A program made the position numbers and the translations under genes. A stretch of DNA of 64,000 nucleotides from Mobula hypostoma (taxonomy: Eukaryota). The stretch is from positions 27,962,001 through 28,026,000 of the forward strand of contig NC_086124.1 of the NCBI RefSeq assembly GCF_963921235.1, written 5' to 3'. The notes under the pieces were generated by a model that saw only the letters and a program-made list of their open reading frames with translations, was not told the origin of the DNA and made no database searches. Position 1 is the first letter of the stretch, and every line of letters begins with the position of its first letter. This document shows, piece after piece, positions 49,301 through 63,039 of this stretch.

Positions 49301-49849
49301 AATTTGACCTCTGTTGGATTTTCATGCACAACAGTTTACAGAGAATGGTGTGAAAAAGAAAAAAAATCCAGTGACCGTCAGTTCTGTGTGCAAAAACGCC
49401 TTGTCAATCAGAGGGTTCAGAAGAGCATGGCCATACTGTTTCAAGCTGACAGGAAGGTGACAGTAATTTAAATAACCACACGTTACAACAGTGGGGTGCA
49501 GAAGAGCATCTCTGAATGCACAGCGTGTTCAACCTTGGTCAAGAGCAGCAGAAGACCACAAATATGCACTCAGTGGCCACTTTATTAAATACAAACAGCA
49601 TCTAATAAAGTGGCCAATGAGTGTACTTTAGTTTTATGAATCATCTTGCTGTTGGATGACAAAGTGTGTTCAGATTTTATTTGAATCTACAAACATTCTT
49701 CATTCTTACAAGCAGGCGTGGCAACAGGAAGATTTTGCTCAGAGGTTACTTGTTCCCTTAAGGATGTAGGATTCAGCATCTCTCAATAACCTCTCTGCAG
49801 GCGTTGACAACACTGGTCTCCAGCACTGCAGTTAAACAAAAGCACAAGA

Positions 49850-50370
49850 AATACTGGAATCCGGAGCAATAGACACACAAAATGGTGGTGGAACTCTGCA
49901 GGTTAGGCGGCATCTATGCAGGGAAATAAACAGTGGATGTTTCAGGCTGGGAGCCTTCATCAGGACTGGAAAGGAGAGGAGGAGTGTGAGCTGTCAGGCA
50001 ATAGGTGAAGCCAGAGAGAGCTGGTGGGTTGGGGAGTGGGGATGGTGACAAGCTGGGAGGTGATAGGTGGAAAAGGTAACCGCTGAAGAAGCAAGAATCT
50101 GATAGGAGAGAATAGTTGACCATAGTGGGAAGGGAAGGAGGAGGAACACCAGAGGGAGGCAATGGGCAAATGAGGATAAGGGAACAGGTAAAAGTGGAGC
50201 CAGAATATGGAATAGACAAGGAAGAAGTGTGGGGAGGGCAATTTCCTAGCTAGAAAAATCAAAATTTACGCCATAAGGTTGGAGCCCCCATGTGGAACAC
50301 AGGGGTTGCTCCTCCAACTTGAGTTTAACCTCATCATGGCAGTAAGGAAGTCATGGACAGACATGTTGGA
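49850..50370 (-). mobile_element. Penelope-like element 3' remnant; others at 52260-52500 (-), 56830-57220 (+), 59270-59420 (+) and 60330-60740 (-)
   Basis: GIY-YIG-terminal motif (LKLEEQPLCSTWG-like), pyrimidine-rich spacer, and ctgatgaagg...gaaac tail followed by gatgctgcctgacc. Confidence 0.75.
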
Positions 50371-52599
50371 ATGGGAATCGTCATCATCATCACGTGCCAT
50401 GTTGTAGGACATGGATGTTGTAGGTCATAGGTTCTTGGCAAATTCTACAGAAGTGCCCATTGCTTTCTTCTGGGCAGTTGTTTTACAAAACATGACTCCA
50501 GCCACTATTAATACTCCCCAGGGATTGTTTGCCTGGCTATTGCCAACTGGCAATGGTCACATATGTTATGTACCAGCTGCTCATATGACCATCCACCACC
50601 CGCCCCTATGGCTTCATGTGACCCTGATCATGGGGCTAAGCAAGTGCTACACCATACCCAAAGGTGACCTGCAGGCTACTAGAGGAGAGAAGCATCTTAC
50701 ACCACCTTTGATAGAGATGTATCTACACTCCCACCACCCCCCAGGAATGGGAATAGGAAGTCAAATTAAAATGGTTTAAACTCAAGGTAAAGAGCTGCAT
50801 TACAAAGCAGTCAGATTCCAATACACCTCAGGCCAACAAGAATGAGACGGTGGATATCAGATGTTCGACTGCCAGCAGGTTGTGAATTTGACATTTTGTT
50901 TTAAGCTTCTGTTGTGCATTCAGAGGCAAGTCCTGGCAACTCGCCGATTTCTTCTTGCAGACGGTGGACCCCACTCTGTGAGCAGACTTCTGAGAAGAAA
51001 CAAGAAGAGGGTTGATGAAGATACGGACTGTGGAATATTAAGGTAGCACCAGTCAACAGTATGTAATACTTAAGGATATAATTCAGGATATAAGAGATTA
51101 GTCAGACTACACTTGGAGTATTGTGAGCATTTTTGTACCACAAACTCAATAATGGATGTACTAGCATTGGTATTGGAGTGGCCCCAGATGAGGTTCACGA
51201 GAATAATCCTGGGAATGAAAGAGTTAATGCATGAGGAGCATTTGAAGGCTCTGGGTCTATAGTCACTGGAGTTTAGAAGGATGGGGGAGGGGTGGGTGGG
51301 ACCTGGTTGGAGTGGATGTGAGACCTGGGGGAGTCTAGGTCCAGAGGGCTCAGACTCAGAGTAGAAGGATGTCCTTTTAGAACAGAGATAAGGAGGAATT
51401 TCTTTCACCAGGGGGTTGTGAATCTGTGGAGTTCATTGCTACAGGTGGCCGTGGAGGAGAAGTCATTGGGTATATTTAAAGCTGAGCTTGATAAGTTCTT
51501 GATTAGTAAGAGTGTCAAAGGTTATGGGGAGAAAACAGGAGAATGGAGTTGAAAGGGATGATAAATCAGCCATGATGGAATGGCGAAGTAAACATGATGG
51601 GCTGAATGGCCTAATTCTGCTCCTCTGTCAAATGGTTACAGCCTCCTGACCCCAAGTTCCTGTGTGCATAGTCTGCCCTAGTTAGCTTTTCTGATGTTTA
51701 CCAGATACAAAATGGGGTGTATGAGATGTCCATGGAGGGCTAGCACTGCTGGTGAAGGAACTTGTCGTGTCACTTCTTGGGCAACTCACTCACATTGGTC
51801 CCTGACTGACACTCAGCTCTCACCTGCGGCTCCAAGTAGCTGTATAGGTGTGACAGCGGCCACACCCCAGTACATTGCTTCGATGGACAGGTTAAAGCAG
51901 GTGAGGTTAGCCGGCGGCCTCATACCACAGTGAGATAGGAACATGCCCATCCGAGCACGCAAAGAGATGCGGACTGAGTGGATGAGGTCAACAGTGAGAT
52001 TCAACAGCTAGGAAAGCAGTTCTGTGACACTTCATGGAGAGGAAAGGGCACAAAAAGGTACAGAAGAAGTCATGGTCGTCCACTGCAATGAAGGAAGACT
52101 TCAGCTGTGACAACTACTCATACCACTGGTGCAGGACTTTCAAGTTTGAGAGAGTGCAGCTGCCCCAGTGTAGCGGTTTTTCCACTTTAAAAACTCTCCT
52201 GCACTGGTTTCAAACTCATCATCAGATATGACAGATATCCAAACAATCATATAGATACAAGGCTAACAAGAGAAGATCTGCAGATTCTGGAAATCCAAGC
52301 AAAATGCTTGGAGGAACTCAGCAGGCCAGGCAGTGTCTATGGAAAAGAGTAAACAGTCGACGTTTTGGGCCAAGACCCTTCAACAGGAGTGGAGAAAAAA
52401 AGATGAGGAGTAGAGTTCTGCTGAAGAATAGGTAAAAATGTTTACTCTTTTCCATAGACGCTGCCTGTCCTGCTGAGTTCCTCCAGCATTTTGTGTGTGC
52501 TATCCAGATACAAGGTATTACTGACACTGTTGAAGTGATTGCACAGCAAAGAATTTGCATTGTCTTAATGTAATTTCCCCCCATATCAAACAGGATTAA

Positions 52600-55500
52600 C
52601 GGTTACTCTTGATGACACAGACGTTGGTGGACAGTGTAGTAGGTTGTTGTAGGTTACAGCTGGACATTGGCAGGATGCAGAGCTGGGCTGAGAAATGGCA
52701 GATGGAGTTCAGCCCAGAAAACTGAAGTGGTTCACATTGGAAGGTCGAATTTGAAGGCAGAGTAAAAGGTTAATGGCAGTATTCTGAGCAGTGTGGAGCA
52801 ACAGAGGGATCTTTGGGTCCACGTCCACTGAAATCTCAAAGTTGCCATGCAAGTTGAAAGGGTGGTTAAGAAGGCATATGGTATGTTGGCCTTCATTAGT
52901 CGAGGGAGTGAGTTCAAGAGCTGAGAGGTAATGATGCAGGTCTACAAAACCCAGGTTAGACCACACTTGAAATGGTGTGTTCAGTCCAGGTCTCTTCATT
53001 AGAGCATAGAACATAGAAACCTACAGCATATTACAGGCCCTTCAGCCCACAATGTTGTGTCAACCATGTAACCTACTCTAGATAATGCCTTGAATTTCCC
53101 TACCGCATAGCCCTGCATATTTCTGAGCACCATGTACCTATAAGGCCCTATATGTATCTGCATCGACAACCGTTGCTGGCAGAGCATTCCAATCACCCAC
53201 TGCTCTCTGCATGAGAAACTTAGCTCTGACATCCCCCTTGTACCTAATTCTAAGCACCTTAAAACCAAATCCCCTTGTGTTAACCACTACAGCCCTGGGA
53301 AAAAGCCCCAGCTATCCACATGATCAATGCCTCTCATCATCTTATACTCCTCTATCAGGTCACCTATCATCCTCCATCGTTCCAAAGAGAAAAGGCCAAG
53401 TTCACTCAATGTATTCTCATAAGGTCTGCTCTCCAATCCAGGCAATATTCTTGTAAATCTCCTCTGCACTCTTTGTATAGTATCCACATCCTTCCCGTAG
53501 TGAGGTGGGCAGGATTGAACACAGTACTCCAGGTGGGTCTGTAGTTTTAAAATTACCTCACGGCTCTTGAACTCAATCCCATGGTTGGTGAAGGCCATCA
53601 CACCATACACCTTCTGCTGTCAACCTGCCCAGCAGCTTTGAGTGTTCCATGGACACGGACCCCAAGATCTTGCTGATATTCCACACTGCCAAGTGTCCCA
53701 CCATTAATATTATATTCTGTCTTCAAATTTGACGTACTGAAATGAACGACCACACCTCTCTGGGATGAACTCCATCTGCCACTTCTCAGTCCGGTTCTGC
53801 ATCCTATCAAAGTCCTGCTGTAACCTCTGACAACCCTCCAGACTATCCACAACACCCCCAACCTTTGTGACATCTGCAGACTTACTAACCCGCTCTTCTA
53901 CTTCCTCATCTAGGTCATTTATAAAAACCAGAAAGAGGAAAGGTCCCAGAATAGATCCCATCCTCACCATCCTCCATGCAGAATACGAACCATCTACAAC
54001 CACACTTTACCTTCTGTGGGCAAGTTAGTTCTGGGTCCACAAAGCAAGGTCTCATTGGATCCCATGGCTTATTACATTCTAAATGAGCCTTGCATGGGGA
54101 ACCTTATTAAATACCTTACTGAAATTCATATACACTACATCCACTGCTCTACCTCCATCAATGTGTTTTGTTACAACCTCAACGAATTCAGTCAGGCTCG
54201 TAAGGCATGACCTGCCCTTGACAAAGCTATGCTGATGATCCTTAATTAGATTATGTCTCTCCAAATGCTCATAAATCTTTCCTCTTGGGATCTTCTCTAA
54301 AAGCTTGCCCTCCACTGAAGTAATGCTCACTGGTCTATAATTTCCTGGGTTATCTCTACTCTCTTCCTTGAACAAGGAAACAACATTTTCAACCCTCCAA
54401 TCCTCTGGTACTTCTCCCATCCCTATTGATGATGCAAAGATCATCACCAGAGCCTCAGCAATCTCCTCCATCACTTCCCACAGTAGCCTGGGGTATATAT
54501 CGTCCAGTCCCGGCGGCTTATCTAACTTAATACCTTTCAACAACTACAGCACATCCTCTCTCTTAATGTCTATACACTCAAGCGTTTCATTCTGCTGTAA
54601 GTCATCCCCACAATTGCCAAGGTCCTATTCACTGGTGTATGCTGAAGCAAAGTATTCATTATGTAGCTCAGCTACCTCCTCCGGCTCTGTGCATACATGA
54701 TCGGTCCTATTCTCACACAGTCCATCCTTATGCTCTTCACATACTTGTAGAACGCTTTAGGCTTTTCCTTAATCCTGCTCGTTAAGGCCTTCTCATGGCC
54801 ACTTCTAGCTCTCCTAATTTCATTCTTGAGCTCTTTCCTAGCAACCTTGTAATTTTCTATAGCTCTATCCTAGTTTCTTGAATCATTCATAAGACTTTCT
54901 TCTTAACTGGATTTTCCACATCCTTTGTACACCATGGTGCTTTTACCCTACCGTCCTTTTCCTGCCTCAATGGAACATACCTATACAGAACGCCATTTAC
55001 ATGTTCCCTGAACAATTGGCACATTTCTGCCATGTATTTTCCTCAGAACATCTGCTCCCAATTTATATTCCCCAGTTCCTGCTTAATAGCATTGTATTTC
55101 CCCTACCCCAATTAAATATTTTCCCAAATTGTCTGCTCCTATCCCTCTCCATCTCTATTGTAAAGGAGGTAGAGTTCTGACCACTTCCTCCAAAATGCTC
55201 TCCAACCAAGAGATCACATACCTGAACAAGTTAATTTCCTGATACAAGATCAAGTACAACCTCTCCTCCAGTTGGCATATCTACATATTGCAACAGGAAA
55301 CCTTCCTGAACACACCTAACAAACTCCACCCCATATAAACTCCTTGCTCTAAGGAGATGCCAGTCAATATTAGGAAAGTTAAAATCACCCATCACAACAA
55401 CCCTACTATTATTGCACCATTGCAGAATCTGCCTCCATGTCTGCTCCTCAATGTCTCTGTTAGTATGGGGGGGGGGGTCTATAAAACATTTAGCAGGGTT

Positions 55501-56700
55501 ATCACCCCCCTCCTGTTTCTGACGTCCACCCACAGTGACTCAGTAGACAATCCCACCATGATATCCTCCTTTTCTGCAGCTGTGGTACTATCCCTGATTA
55601 GCAATGCCACTCTCCCACCTCTTTTGTCTCCCTCTCTGTCCTTTTTGAAACATTTGAAGCCCAGCACTCTCAGCAGCCACTCCTGCCCCGAGACAGCCAA
55701 GTATCTGTAATGGCTACAACGTCATAGTTCCACACTCTAAGATAATTCGCCTTGTTTATGATACTCCTTGCAGTAAAATAGACACATCTCAAACCATCTG
55801 GCTGAGTCAATCTTTGCTCTATCATCTGCTTATCCTTCGTCACAAACTACAAGCTGTGTCTACTTGTGTGCCAACCACTCCATCCTCTGCCTCTTCACTT
55901 CGGTTCGCACCCTCCCGCAAAATTAGTATGAACCCTCCCCAAGAGCATTAGCAAACCTCCCTCCCAGGATATTGGTTCCCCTCTAACTCAGGTACAACCT
56001 GTCCCACGTACAGGTCACTGCTCCCCAGAAAAGGTTCCAATGATCCAAGAACTTGAAACCCTGTCCTTGCACCATCTCCAAAGCCGCTCTGTGATATCTT
56101 CTTATTCTGACCTTTCCTAGCTCATGGCACTGGGAGTAATCCAGAGATGACCACCTTGGAGGTCCTGCTCTTCAGCCGCCTTCCTAACTCCCTAAACTTA
56201 CTGTGCAGGACCTCTACCCTCTCCTACCTATGTCATTAGTACCAACATGTACCATGACCTCCGGCTGCTCACCTTCCCCTTCAAGAAGAATGTAGAAAGT
56301 TTAGAGAGAGTGCAGGGGAAATTTACCAGAATGCTGCATAGATTGGAGAGCATGTCTTATGAGAATATGTTGAGTGAGTTAGGGCTTTTCTCTTCACAGC
56401 GAAGCAAGATGAGAAGGATGAGAAAGGTGTATAAGAGGCAATGGTCGAGCGGATAGCCAGAGACTTTCCCAGGGCAGAAATGGCAAATATGAAGGGGCAT
56501 AATTTTAGGTGACTGGAGGAAAGTATAAGGGGGGCTTAGGGGTAAGTTTATATTTTAAAACACAGGAAGTGGTGAGTGTGAGGAATTCCCTGCTAGGCGT
56601 GGAGGTAGAAGCAGAAACATTAGGGATATTGAAAAGACTCTGAGGCACACAGATGAAAGGAAAATATAGGGCTATGTTGGAGGGAAGGATAAGTCTGATC
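52600..56700. mobile_element. Nested CR1 LINE fragments (mostly minus strand 53000-55990; plus-strand pieces at both ends)
   Basis: APE (VVVMGDFNFPNIDW) and RT (NPGNYRPVSITS, SCLTSLTEF, VDVVYMNFSKVFNKVPH) motifs, decayed. Confidence 0.9.
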
Positions 56701-57229
56701 TTAGAGTCGGTTATAAGAGTAGACTACAACATGGGCCTGTACTGTGCTACAGCGTTATATGGTGTGTTCTATTTCGAAAATGTTGCCTTTCAGAAGGAGA
56801 CCAATCCATGGACAACTGTACCTTGTGCTAGTATTTCATCCACCTGCCCTGACTCTGACATCAACAGGGAATTTCACAACAATGAATCCTAGCTCTATCG
56901 TCACCCAATTGTTAGCAGATCTGGATTTATTGGATGGGGATCAGGAGTATTAATTCCTACTTCCGGTAATTTTTCTCCATCCCCCTCCTTTCTCCATTTC
57001 CCATTCTGGTTCCCTCTTACCTGTTCCTTTCTCCACCCCTGTCCACCATCTCCTTCTGACACCCCTTCCTCCTTCCCTTTCTCCTCTCCTTTCTTAGCAC
57101 ATTCCTTCTTCTTCAACCCTTTACCCCTTTCCTTCCAGCTTCTCACTTCATCCCCCATGCCCCCCACCCAGCCACCTTCCCCGTCAACTTGTCTCACCTA
57201 TCATCAGTCCGCTTGCAGTTCTTCCCCCC

Positions 57230-57908
57230 AAAATTGGATTGATAAACCAATTGTCTATTCTTGCCATGTGCTTGAAGGAATGGAAGCTGCCATTTTGTGA
57301 AACTCCTCTATAGGCACCATTTTGTGAACTGTTTGATGAACTGATTCTTGCTGTGAGATAATTTAATCAGAGCAATTGAACGCAGAAACAAGGAGTCGCT
57401 GCTATTGAACTGCTAAACCTGAGATCATAGATAGACTGCGTGTTGTGTACAATGGCATTATCTCTGCTCAGTGTTCGGGCGACCTGGTTTGAACCAGTGT
57501 CGAAGAGAACAAAAGAAGTCATCTAAGGCATGAAGTTGTGTAGCCCTTGTTCTACATCCTATGGGAATCTGTTACAGGTCAGTCGGAAGACCTTGAGCAA
57601 ACAAGATGGAAATGCATCATTTGAATTGTTGAGCAAGACTAAGAGTTAGGAGCTTCAAATACAAAATGGCGAGATCTCTAGAGACTAACCATCACAATGA
57701 GGAATCTCCATGCTGTGAGCTGGGAGAAGAAAGAATCAGAAGTCAGGTCAACAGGAGATCCTCTATATATGTAAAAGTGGTCTGAGTGAGTATTGAGGGA
57801 ACAGTAGAATTCATATTTTAAGTCAATATAGTTACGTGGTTGTTTGCGCAGAGATAATAAAGTGCGAGCTTTGATTAATTAAGAGTTGTGTAGTGAATTC
57901 CGTAACTT
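57230..57908. mobile_element. Probable solo LTR
   Basis: Non-coding block with repeated gccattttgtgaa motifs, AATAAA near the end and an LTR-like U5 ending gtgaattccgtaac. Termini and TSD not resolved. Confidence 0.35.
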
Positions 57909-59609
57909 AGATCAGTTAATGAAAACACAGGAAAGCAGCATCCATCATCATGCACCCCAACCATCCAGCCCAGGCTCTCTTCTCATTACTACTATTGGGC
58001 AGGAGGTACAGGAGCCTCAAATCCCACACAACCATCAGGAACAGTCACTATCCCTCAACTGTCAGGCTGCTGAATCAATTGTGGACAACTTTTTTAAATA
58101 GCGATACAGCATGGAGTAGGTCCTTCTGGCCCTTTGAGCCACACTGCCCAGCAATCCCCCGATTTATGAACAATGACTAATTAACCTACCAACCGGTATG
58201 TCTTTGGACTGCGGAAGGAAACCAGGCCACCCGGACAAAACCCATGCACTCACCAGGAGAACATACAAATTCCTTACGGGCAGTGACAGGATTTGAACCC
58301 GGGTTGCCTTTACTGTAAAGAATTGTGCTAACCACTGCACGACTGTGCTGCCCCTCTTTTACTTAGAGACTTCATTGAACTAATTCCACACCTACAGACT
58401 CACTTTCAAGGACTCTGCAACTGGGCCCCAGAATTATTTATTTATTTTATTTGCACAATTTGTCTTCTTTTGCACATTGTTTATTGGTCAGCTTTTGATT
58501 ATGTATCATTCTTCATAAATTTGATTGTATTTATTTTCCTGTTTATGGGGTGGCATGTATGTACTTGGATAATGAATTTAATCATAAGACATAGAAGCAG
58601 AATTAGGCCATTCAGCCTATTGAGTCTGTGCTGGCTATTCCATTCCAGCTGATCTATTATCCATCTCAACCCCATTCTCCTGCTTTCTCCCCATGATCTT
58701 TGATGCCCTTACTAAACTTTAATAAATTTTAATTTTAACAAATTGCAATAAAAATTACAAATTTACTCTGACTTTGGTGGTTACACCGCTCAGAAGAGGC
58801 CACATGAAAATAATATGCACAGCACGGAAGACACAATCAAGATGCTGATTTGATGACACAATCAATCTAGAAAGGGGCATCTACCAATTATATCGTACTT
58901 CCTGCCTATAATTTGAATGAATAAAGGTATGTTTTAGAAACAAAGAACTGTTCAACATAGGAAAAGGCCATTTGGTTTACAATATTTGTACTGATCACAA
59001 TACCAAATTACACTAACTCCCTGTAAATGGTCTACACTCAATTATTAGATACACCTGTACGTTAGTGCAAATATATAATCAGCCAACCATTCATCAACTC
59101 AATGCATAAAAGCGTGCAGACATGGTCAAGAGGTTCAGTTGTTGATCAGGACAAACACCAGACTGGGGAAGAAGTGCGATCTAAGTAACTTTGACCACGG
59201 CCTATCTCTGAAAGTTAAAACTCTTTAATCCAGCACCCTTGGGACCTGAGTGGTGCTGACTACACAAAATATCTCTTCAGACCTGATGACTGGTCTTGGC
59301 CCGAAATGTCAACTGTTTATTCCCCTCCATAGATGCTGCCTGACCTACTGAATTCTTGCAGCGTTGTGCGCATGTGTCTGTGTGCGTTGCTCTGGATTTC
59401 CACCACCCGCAGAATCTTTTGAGTTTAGAAACTGTCCCCTGGTCATTTGCCTCTGACCAGGGGTACGATTCTTTCAGACACTCCCAAGTCACATGAGGGT
59501 TCCAAGAACCATTGTCAACCCGGAGTTATACTGATGGCTGAAAGATCATTGGGAGTTTAATTAGCTACAGGTTAGTGCAGATCAGAATCTGGTTAATATC
59601 ACTGATATA

Positions 59610-60144
59610 AACTCAGTGTCCACTTTATTAGATACACCTGCTTGTTAATAGAAACATCTAATCAGCCAATCATGAGGCAGCTCGATGCATGCAGACACTA
59701 TCAAGAGGTTCAGTTGCGCAGACTAAACATTAGAATGGGGAAAGACGTGATCTAAGTGAGTTTGACTGTGGAATGATTGTTGGTTCCAGACGGGGTAGTT
59801 TGAGGGTCTCAGAAACTGCTGATCCGCTGGGATTTTCACATACAACAGTCTCTAGAGTTTACAGAGAATGGGGTTAAAACCAAACAAACAAAGAAAACAT
59901 CCAGTGGAGTAGCAGTTCTGTGGGTGAAAATGCCCTGTTAATGAGAGAAGTCAGAGGAGAATGGCCAGATTGGTTTAAGCCGACAGTAACTCAAATAACC
60001 ACCCATTACTACAGTGCATCTCTGAGTGCACAACATGTTGAACTTTGAAATTGATGGGCTGCAGCAGCAGAAGACGATGAACATACACACAGTGGCCCCT
60101 TTATTAGGGGTGTATGAGGAACATAATAAAGTGGCCACTGAGGG
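59610..60144 (+). mobile_element. Tc1-derived non-autonomous element; many partial copies (about 7870-7975, 38700-38980, 48790-48960, 49380-49623, 59030-59200, 61810-61950, 62660-62958, 63860-64000)
   Basis: TIR cactcagtggccactttattag, TA TSDs, transposase N-terminal remnant LSEFDCGMIVG...SETADPLGFSHTTVSRVYREW. Confidence 0.85.
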
Positions 60145-61093
60145 TATAATGGCTCCACATCTTGCCTGTTCACTTGTCTGCCAAAATGGTCTTAAACATT
60201 GCTATCGTATCTCGTTTCACCACCTCCCCGGTACCCCTGGTGCCGACCGCTCTCGGTGTAGAACAGTTCTCCTCACAAATATCCATTAACGTTTCCTCTC
60301 TCACCATGAATCTGCACCATCGAACATTTGATAAACACAAGGGGTTCTGCAGATGCTGGAAAATCCAGAGCAACAAACATAAAATGCTGGAGGAATTCAG
60401 CAGGTGAGGCAGCAACGATGGAGGGGAACAAACAGTCAATGTTTCAGGTCAAGAACCTTCGTCAGGACCGGAGTGGAAGGAGACAGAAGTAAGAATAAAG
60501 TGGGGTGAGGGAAAGGAATACATGACACTGGGATAGTGAGTAGCATCCAACCTGATGGCATGAATATTGATTTCTCTAACTTCTGGTAATATCTCTCCCC
60601 TTCCCATCCTATATTTATCCATTCCCCACTCTGGCTACCCATTACCCCTTCACTTCTCCTCACCTGCCCAGTGCCTCCCTATGGTGTCCCTCCACCTTCC
60701 TTTTCTTCCAAGGTCCAATCTCCTCTGCCATCAGATTAGGTGAGTGTGGGGAGCTGATTGAATGTCTCTAGTGTGTAGGTGTGGGGTGGGGGGTGGTTAA
60801 TTGGAGCTAATGGGAATGTTGGAAGAACAAAGTTGGATAAATGTAATTGGATATTTGATGGTCAGTATGAACTAACGGTCTGTTTCCTGTTTGAATTACT
60901 TCTTGTTCTCTGACCTGCCCTTGTGTTATACCACACTTAGTGTAGATCTTGGTGTGATAACCCTTGCTGAATCATTGGGTCTCGGATGACCAGATTGGGT
61001 ATTTGGCCCATTGGATACCTGCAGCTTCTTTTATGAAATGCATGAAGGAAAGGAGTTTCCCGGACCGATGAGTATGTGCAAAAATATTCCTAC

Positions 61094-61195
61094 CTTTCCA
61101 CTTGACGATTCCTCCGGACACTGCCATCAGAATGCCAATTATTCCAGCGATTACTCCAATCACATATCCATAGACTGGTTTGGTATTCTTGGGAA
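61094..61195 (-). CDS. WB: MHC W-category beta chain, connecting peptide/TM exon
   Basis: Acceptor tgattttcctag|, donor G|GTAGGA, 102 nt, phase 1-1. VPKNTKPVYGYVIGVIAGIIGILMAVSGGIVKWK is a Gly-patterned TM followed by basic residues. The downstream cytoplasmic exon was not identified. Confidence 0.85.
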
Positions 61196-63039
61196 CTAGG
61201 AAAATCAGTAAAACTGGGGTCAGAAGATATTACAGCAGAGAGCAGTTTGGTCTCAGTTGGTCAGAATATATTACAGCAGACAGTTTAGATGAATATTGTG
61301 GGGTGATCTCATTCAATCCTATCAAATATTGAAAGGCCAAAATAGTTTGGACACAGAGAGGGTGTTCCAAATACTGGGAGAGTCTCGGACCAGAGGACAC
61401 AGCCTCAGAATAGGACAGAAATAAGGAGGAATTTCCTTAGCTAAATCCCTGGAATTCATTACCACATATTGCTCTGGAGGCCAAGTCATTGGCTATATTT
61501 AAGGGTGAAGTTTATAGGCTCTTAATTTTTAAGGGTGTCAAAGGTTATGGGGAGAAGGCAGAAATATCGGGTTGAGAGGATAACAAATCAGTCATGATCA
61601 CATGCCAGAACAGACCCAATAGGCCAAATAGACAAATTCTGCTCCTATAATTTATGATCTTATGATGATCAGCATGGACCAGTTGGGCTGAAGGGCCCAT
61701 ATCTGTATAACTCCATGACTGATGTAGAAAGAGGAGCTACTAGTCCTCACCAAGTTACAGTAGGATTCTGTTCCTGAGAACCATTTGTAACCTGAATGGG
61801 TTGAAAATGTGAACCCAATCACCCAATCATGTGGCAGCAACTCGACGCAAAAAAAGCATGCAGACATGGCCAAGAGGTCCAGTTGTTGTTGAAACCAAAC
61901 ATCAGAATGAGGAAGAAGTGTGATCTCAGTGACTTTGATTATGGAATCTGGTCAAAATGGTACCTGCGTACAATGTCTACTCGGTCGACATCTATCAGAA
62001 AATTCATGAAAATGGTTATTTCACTTCTTTTACGTCTGCTTCTCATCTTAAACGTGTTTCTGGAACTGTTACGCATCTGTGATTTACAGTCTGAAGATCA
62101 ACAGAGTGACTTAGTGCTTTGCTGTTTCAATGAAAGTGAGTGCAAGCTCGAACGGCCTTAAAGTGAAATAGTTTAGAGATGGTGCACCAGCCAATGATAG
62201 ACTCCATTTCACCGATTAAAGCATCGAGGAAAATTGAAATCAAGATGAGTGCAGAAAGGTGAGTGAGGGTTTAGCACTGACTGCTGTTTGATTGCAGGGA
62301 GGGATCTCTCTGTTGTCAGATGAGTTGTGTAGTACCTTTCACTCACTGTTGCCGGAGGGTAGGCCTCTGTGTTTCAGTAGTCTCTCTATCTCTATCTCCC
62401 AACACTGGTCAGAGGATAATACTGGGGCTCTGCGGCAATTATTTCTCGTTATTGTGTGGCGTGTTTTGTTAGTTCTTTGTGTGAAAGAAAGGAGTTTGGG
62501 GTTTGATGTTCTTGTTCTTGACAGCTTTTTTTTGTGTGGTGTGGGTTTTGATGTTTATCTTTGAATGATTTCTGTGCATTTATTTGTACTGTGGCTATCT
62601 GGAGAAGAAGAATCTCGGAGTTGTATACTGAGTACATAATTTTTTAATAAATGAACCTTTGAACGATTGTTGATGCCTGACGGGGTGATTTGAGTATCTC
62701 AGAGACTGTTGAGCTTCTGGGATTATCAGGCACGAGTCTCTAGAGTTTACAGTGAATACTGTGAGAAAAAAAAGACAACACCAAACATCTATTGAGTGGC
62801 AGTTGTGGGCGAAAACACCTTGTCAGTGAGATTTCAGAGGAGAATGGCCAGACTGGTTCACGCTAGTGGATGGGCTACAGCAGCATAAGACCATGACCTT
62901 ACACTCAATGGTCACTTTATTATGTAGAGGAAGTGCCTAATAAAGTGGCCACTGAGTGTATAATATAGTGTTGGACAGAGTGTGAACCAGATCATCACCA
63001 GTACACTGGACCCCAAATTATTCAGACTCTGAGCCTTAC

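Noticed and set aside
50959-51041. Plus-strand mini-exon candidate (DGGPHSVSRLLRRNKKRVDEDTDCG)
   Set aside because: It lies downstream of the WA stop codon, has no recognisable homology, and an equally plausible antisense reading exists.
60930-61093. Candidate WB cytoplasmic exon or read-through tail
   Set aside because: Weak acceptor, and several frames are possible; it cannot be supported without cDNA.
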